From assembly GCF_001194135.2 (NCBI RefSeq), contig NC_068981.1:165870330-165924017 (forward strand): 53,688 nucleotides of DNA, in the 5' to 3' direction. Source of the stretch: Octopus bimaculoides. Lineage: Eukaryota. Numbering within the stretch: the first letter of the stretch is position 1; each line of letters opens with the position of its first letter. The notes beneath the pieces were generated by a model that did not search any database, had not been told where the DNA came from, and saw nothing but the letters and a program-made list of their open reading frames with translations. The position numbers and the translations under genes were made by a program. This document shows, one piece after another, positions 47,263-53,688 of the stretch.

Positions 47263-47407
47263 CTGGACTGCATTATTTCAGAAAAAAAGATTGTAAAATT
47301 TCATCATAGGTCTGCTGGCTGTGTTAAAGCTAACCGAAGGAATTTTTTGGCCTCTTTGTTTCAGATATACATACATTACAAGATTAAGTAGCTTGTGACC
47401 ATTACAA

Positions 47408-48015
47408 TATGGTGCTAGTTCACTTTGCAGTCATGCAGTTTCAGGTTCAGTCCCACTATGTGACACCTTGGGCAAGTGTCTTCTACTACAGCTCCCAGCC
47501 AGCAAAGCCTTGTAAATGAATTTGGTAGGTGGAAACCTTGGGAAATTCTGGAGGGGGAGCACCAAGCAATGATGTGTATAAATGCAATCTTATTACCAGT
47601 TCTTGTATGTTTGGGATATATATGAACCTGTAAGAAAGCCATTCACTGTGTTTTGTTAGGGAGAAAATTTCTTTCCATAGACAATGGTGTAAATACACCC
47701 ACATCACCTAGATAGGTGGCGCTCATATAGGTGTATTTATACAAGTTGTCTTCAGCATGGGTATAGCATGCTGCTAGTGACAAGGAAGTCTCTACATAGT
47801 CATTCAACCTGCTAGAAATTGCAATCAAATCTTGCTCAAATCTTGCTCAAATCCCACCTTACTGTCTTTAAAAGAAGGGAGGTTACATTGTATGATGTAA
47901 TCCTTGGTGCGACTATGTCAAAATAAATAAAAATACAGGGTATTCATGGTTGGAACCTTGAATGCTTTTGATTATGTCTGCTTGGTCAGAGCTAAACCTT
48001 GGGCAAATCAATAAC
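47408..48015 (+). mobile_element. SINE-B head (47408-47560) and a family F copy (47750-48015)
   Basis: Family signatures. Confidence 0.75.
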
Positions 48016-48554
48016 AACAACTTTGCAATTGATTCTTGTGCAGAAGAGACAATAATAGTAAAATTCAATTAACTGCAGCACTTCTGACTTTCTCAGAAAT
48101 TTGTCTTCATTAAGTTGTTTTTTATCTTTTTCTTTTTTAGATTTTATTGTGTGAAATAGTTATAAAAAAGAATACAACTTTCATTTCTTTTTTTGCTTTT
48201 TGGTTTTTCTTATCAAGGAAAATTTGTAAAATAAGATGAAACACTGCAGTTTTATTATTTAGAGTTTAATATGTGTAATTAAGCAGACACATGTAAGGGA
48301 GAATACTCAGGTTAGAATATTTGTTTTTCATTATTTTAAAAACAAAAAATTTTTTTGCCTTATAATAAATAATGTCTCTTTACAAGGAAGGAAGTAGAAT
48401 TAATTGAATTGGTGTCAAAAATTAATAAACCAGACTGGGAAAGGCTTGTTAATTGGTTATGTAACCCAAATTGTTGATTCAAAATAGACTCTTAAAAAAA
48501 TGTTTTAAATATGTTAAATACTAATTTATCTCTATTGTTTTATCTTTTTATGCA

Positions 48555-49103
48555 ACTGTGTGGTTAAGAAGCTTGCCTCCCAATCATATTGTCTTGGGTT
48601 CAGTCCCACTGTGAAGCACTTTGAGAAAATGTCTTCTACAATAGACCTAAACTGACATAAGCCTTGTGAGAGGATTTAGTAGACTGAAACTGAAAGAAAC
48701 CCATCGTGTGTGTGTATATACACACGTGTGTGTGTGTATATATATACACGTGCTTGTGTGTGTGTGTGTTTGTACCCTTGTCTAGACATTACATGTTAGT
48801 TGTAAATGAGCATCATTGTCAAACAAACGAGGTTGTTTGTTTCTAGATATCTGTGCCTGGCCATGGAGAATTATCTTGTTTAGGAATGGCGACAGGAAAG
48901 GCATCAGGCTCTTTTACTTGTTTCAGTCATTTGAGTGCGGCCGTGCTGGACCACTGCCTTTATAGTCGAGTAAATTGACCCCTGAGCTTATTCTTTGTAA
49001 GTCCAGTACTTATTCTATCGGTCTCTTTTGCCGAACCACTTAGTTACCGGGACATAAACACTCCAGTATCAGTTGTCAAGCGATGCTATGAGGACAGACA
49101 TAT

Positions 49104-49149
<46 letters not shown>

Positions 49150-49375
49150 GCTTCTTTCAGTTTCCGTCTACCAAATCCACTCACAAGGCTTTGGTCAGCC
49201 CGAGGCTGTAGTAGAAGACACTTGCCCAAGGTACCACGCAGTGGGACTGAACCCAGGACCATGTGGTTGGTAAACAAGTTACTAACCATGCAGCCACTCC
49301 TGCGCCCAAAATCTGCCTCAACAAATTCCGTCTGACCATGCAAACATGGAAAAGTGGGCATTAGATAATGATGGT
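48555..49375. mobile_element. Plus-strand SINE-B2 interrupted by an antisense full-length SINE-B1 (about 48908-49305)
   Basis: The B2 tail breaks at GGCATCAGG and resumes at CAAAATCTGCCTCAACAAATTCC. Confidence 0.85.
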
Positions 49376-50297
49376 GGTCTCTAAATAATTCCTTATTCTT
49401 CACACCAATCTTGATGCTTAACCATCATTCTGTTCCATTCAAGCATTCTAGCCAGTACCATCCAGTCTTTTCATTCATACTTTATTTCAGACTACTTTAT
49501 CCACTCATCAATGTCCTTCAGTTTTTAAATTTGATTGTGTAATGTGACAGAGATTTGACTGTTATTTTAACAGGTCTATGTACCATGTTGAGCTTTATTT
49601 GAAATTACAGACCTTTGGAAATATCTACAGGCGTACATGTCTCTTTCTTTTTGTACATGCATGTATGAGATTTGTGTGCACGCATGTCTTTTTATGGGCA
49701 TGTCTGCTTGTGTGTATGCCCATATGCATCTATATATACATGTAGATGTAGGTATGTACATATATGTATGTATACATGCATATGCTTATATATCATTTGT
49801 ATGATATTTATATATATATATATATACAACTGTTTACATTAGGATTGTTGAAAAATAAAAGTTATGAATAACAACAAACATTTACTGATGAAGGGATTCA
49901 ATACATGTAGTAAAGTCAAATACATGTATTGAGTTAACTAGAGCTTTATGATTTGGTTCTTGGACCTTCTTATTCAACTATTTAACTTGACTGGTTGAAT
50001 AAGTCCCGGTAGGCAAAACTTGAAGGGCCAGCCAACTCAGTAAAGTATACAGTGTCAGTGTGTTGTATCTGTATACACACACACACACTCTACATTATCC
50101 TCGGTCACATACATGCATTTGGATGTTCAAACAAGAGAAAGAGTAGTACATGTCATTGAGTTTGTGTACTCTTTCAAAACTCATTAATTATGCTGCTGTT
50201 ACTCAGTTTCTTGCTAAATGCAATCCTTCATGCAACAAAAAGATTTAATGTATATGTATATAATTATATGCATGTATATATGTATTTATATATGCAC

Positions 50298-50354
<57 letters not shown>

Positions 50355-51029
50355 CATGCATACACACATTCACATACACACACTCACACAAATATTTATG
50401 TATTCGTATATAGGCCTTAAGAAATATATACTGGGTCCATAAGCTCTTAAGAAAACATTTCTGTTAATGGACCAATCCTGTCTTAAACTGTAGCTGTTAA
50501 CTACCGGAAGTGCTAGTATTGTACAGTTCTGAACTGACCGATTCACTGTAGACTAAAGCAGTTTACCAATATAGAGTCAATGGGTTATTCTCCTGGGTAG
50601 AGTTGATGGTCGGAGGTGGTGTTAGAGTGTGGGTAGGACATTCAATAAATCTATATTATGCGAACGGATTTTTACCATAATGACTTTCAATTTACTCTTC
50701 ATTGAACATTGATTTTTCACAATTACCATACCCAGCTCTGCTTCCCCATCACAGTCACTATCATCATCAGCATCTTTGTCTAATCCAGCTGCACCAGTAC
50801 CACCACCACCACCACCACCACTATAATGACTATCAATGTTTCTATTTACTCAGCTTTCTACCAAATCATTCTCTCTCTGCTGAAACACTTTATTGATTTC
50901 ATTCCAGAAGTAGTTCTTCACATCAGCTTCAAACTTCTGATCAACTCTCACTGCACTCATCTACCATCTTTAAACATCACACGTGTGCATGCACATACAG
51001 CAGACGCTCACCCGCGTGCATGCACTCAC

Positions 51030-51063
51030 TCATGCACACACACACTCTCTCTCTCTTTCTCTT

Positions 51064-51156
<93 letters not shown>
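51030..51156. repeat. Compound (CT)n/(CA)n microsatellite
   Basis: Directly visible. Confidence 0.95.
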
Positions 51157-51158
<2 letters not shown>

Positions 51159-51242
51159 TGAAGGGAAATTAATGAGAACCAGTTGGGAAGTGAACCAAGA
51201 TGTTCTGATTCATGTCCAAGTGCATTTGCTTTACTCTATCAG

Positions 51243-51369
51243 CCATTCATTGATTTTCAGGTTATGTAAATTAAACCTATAAAGTAAATGGATATCATGG
51301 AAGTTTTGATGATTACTATTCCAGTTGTTTGATCTTCAGAACTACCTCGTTATTCATAGATTGATAGAA
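51243..51369 (+). CDS. Candidate small exons 51243-51260 (PFIDFQ) and 51340-51369 (NYLVIHRLIE)
   Basis: Both AG/GT bounded and phase 0 to 0, separated by a 79-nt intron. Unlinked to other exons. Confidence 0.22.
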
Positions 51370-51624
51370 GTAATATATAAATATTCACATCTTTGATATG
51401 ATCTTCAGGTACAGCACGTTGTGGGTTTCTCTACATTTTTCATATCTAAACAGTTTTACTCACCCACAAAGTTTGGGGCAACTCAAGAATATGATAGAAG
51501 ACTCTTATCCACCGAATCATTTACTGCATTCAATTTCAAAACCTTATAATTTCAAAGTGAACTTGGCTATTCAAGCTAATTAAACACGTACACATATTTG
51601 TACATTTGTGCAGCACGTAATATA

Positions 51625-51865
51625 CACCATTTCGAGCGTGGCCATTGCCAGTACCGCCTGACTGGCCTTTGTGCCGGTTGCACGTAAAATCACCCACTAC
51701 ACTCTTGGAGTGGATGGCGTTAGGAAGGGCATCCAGCTGTAGAAACTCTGCCAAATCACATTAAAGTTAGGTGTAGCCACCTGGTCCATCAGTCCTCAGT
51801 CAAATCATCCAACCCATGCTAGCATGGAAAGCGGACGTTAAACGACGATGATGACGATGATGATT
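51625..51865 (+). mobile_element. RTE 3'UTR fragment with one stem-loop unit and (GAT)n tail
   Basis: Collinear with 47030-47262. Confidence 0.88.
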
Positions 51866-51924
51866 CAGTCAAGCATAAATACTAGAATCTTCAGTCGAGT
51901 CATTATTCATTATCATCTCCTCTT

Positions 51925-52322
51925 TTTTATTTTTTACTTGTTTCAGCCATTAGACTGCAGTCATTCCTGGGCACTGCCTTGAAGTGTTTAGTCAAGCAAG
52001 TCAACCCTAGTAATTATTTTAATTTTTAAGTCGGGTACTTGTTCTATTGGTCTCCTTTGCTTGACAGGTAAATTATGAGGACATAAGCAATCCAACACCA
52101 GTCATCAAGTGATGGTTGGGGGACAAACACCCTGCCTCCCACACGTATACACACATATACGATTGGCTTCCACACAGTTTCCATCTACCAGATTCACTTG
52201 CAGGTCATTGATTGGCCCAGAGCTATGATAAGACATTTGCCCAAGGTGCTGCATACTGGGACTAAACCTGAAACCATGTCATTGCCAAGCAAGTTTCTTA
52301 ACCACACAGCCATGCCAGTGCC
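51925..52322 (-). mobile_element. SINE family B (B1)
   Basis: Family signatures. Confidence 0.82.
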
Positions 52323-52424
52323 TGTTTATTAATTTGTTTTGGGTTGTTTTTTTTTTTACAATTTATTTTATTTTTTATCTTGTCTTGAAATATAGCAAAA
52401 TTCTATGACTGTAATATGATTATA

Positions 52425-52500
52425 TATTATTACTATAATTATTACTACATTATTACTATAATTATTACTACATTATTACTATAATTATACATTATTACTG
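52425..52500. repeat. AT-rich minisatellite (ATTATTACTAT / ATTATTACTAC units)
   Basis: Directly visible, about 3 copies of a roughly 22-bp dimer. Confidence 0.8.
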
Positions 52501-53137
52501 CTTTGTCCAATATTGCAGATATTCTATAACCATTTGATGTAATATCTAAACCATTCCATTGCTATATGTTCCTATAATACAAATATTCTGTAACTATTTT
52601 ATCCTTGATCGCAGTCATTCTATTAATTTGTTATCTAATATCTCATCCAGTACTCAACTGATTTATCCAATATTAAATTAGGATGCAGTTTATATTAGAT
52701 TTCACTATATCATACACATTGTTATTATATTTTCATTATATGCAATTTTGAGTTTGTTTTTTTTTCTTTTTACTACAGCCATTATTGGGGCAATGTGCTT
52801 AAGGATTTTAGTAAATTATATTGTTAGCTATTTTATAGTTTAGTGTTAAATGAACATAATTTGGAATGACCAAGCACAAAATATTTTTTTTTTTTGCAAT
52901 GCACCAGTTACCAGCTATCTCTTTCTCATACAAACACACACATACACGTATATACACAATGGGTTTCCATACATTTTCCATCAAGCAAATTTTTAATCAC
53001 AAGTCATTGGTCAATTCCAGCCTATGGTAGAAGACATCTACCCAAGGTGCTGCACAGTAGGGTCAAATGTGGAACCACGTGGCTGTGGAGCAAACTTTTT
53101 AAACACACAGCCATACTTTGCTTGTATTTATTTATTT

Positions 53138-53447
53138 ATGCGCCCTTTTTAAAGCCTAGCCAGGCTCATGGGCCCGGTTTCCCAGTTTCTATGGCGTATA
53201 TGTTCCCCCCACCCCAACTGGACGGGACACCAGTCCACCACAGCGTTACTCAAGAAACAGGAAGAAAAAGTGAGAGAAAGTTGGGGTGAAAGAGTACAAC
53301 AGGGGTCGCCACCACCCCCTTCTGGAGCCTCATGGAGCTTAAGGTGTTTTTGCTCAATAAACACACACATTGCCCAGTCTGGGAATCAAGACCACGATCC
53401 TCCGACCGTGAGTCCGCTGCCCTAACCACTGGGCCATTGTGCCTCCA
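53138..53447 (-). mobile_element. SINE family E, full length
   Basis: Minus-strand head GGAGGCACAATGGCCCAGTGGTTAGGGC...TTGATTCCC and tail CCCATGAGCCTGGCTAGGCTTTAAAAAGGGCG. Confidence 0.85.
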
Positions 53448-53685
53448 TTGCGCCCTTTTAAAGCCTAGCCAGGCTCATGGGCCCAGTTTCCCGGTTTCAA
53501 TGGCGTATGTATTCCCCAGCCAGTCCATCGCAGTGTTACTCATTTTTGCCAGCTGAGTGGACTGGAGCAACGTGAAATGAAGTGTTTTGCTCAAGAACAC
53601 AACGCGTCGCCCGGTCCAGGTATCGAAACCACAATCTTACGATCATGATGCTGACACCCTAACCACTAAGCCACATGCCTCCACA
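53448..53685 (-). mobile_element. SINE family C with the same tail as the adjacent family E copy
   Basis: C head GTGGCTTAGTGGTTAGGG...TTCGATACC and a near-identical terminal 50 bp. Confidence 0.85.
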
Positions 53686-53688
53686 TAC

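Noticed and set aside
49885-49935. CTGATGA hammerhead core next to an AATACATGTATT palindrome
   Set aside because: No stem II or GAAA follows.

Overview
AT-rich, repeat-dense eukaryotic genomic DNA. The retroposon families, the dense (CA)n/(TA)n/(ATT)n/(GAT)n microsatellites and the short N gaps inside microsatellites point to an octopus (coleoid cephalopod) draft assembly; this is an inference. Nearly all ORFs in the supplied track are microsatellite or SINE artefacts. Recognisable content: two R4/Dong-type RLE-LINE 3' fragments inserted in ATT/TAA tracts, an RTE LINE 3' end plus many RTE-tail fragments, several decayed CR1/L2-group RT fragments, a DD37D (maT) Tc1/mariner transposase relic, a hAT MITE with 8-bp TSD, a piggyBac-type MITE, three long fold-back elements, and dozens of tRNA-derived SINEs built from interchangeable heads and tails (my labels A, B, C, E, plus headless family F). 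A plus-strand multi-exon gene can be assembled in frame from small exons at 8412, 12801, 16064, 18482 and 18605. Its product is not identified, its upstream exons are ambiguous, and one exon lacks a GT donor (AAG|GATACT). A CpG-retaining zone at about 19.4-23.3 kb with a CCAAT box looks like intergenic or promoter DNA of a second plus-strand gene whose downstream exons I could not assemble. No rRNA, intact tRNA gene or CRISPR array was found. Repeat coordinates were read by eye and are approximate (about +/-10-20 bp). The best leads are the non-canonical donor, the unidentified protein, and the dsRNA-forming fold-backs. I found no firmly supported new biological system.
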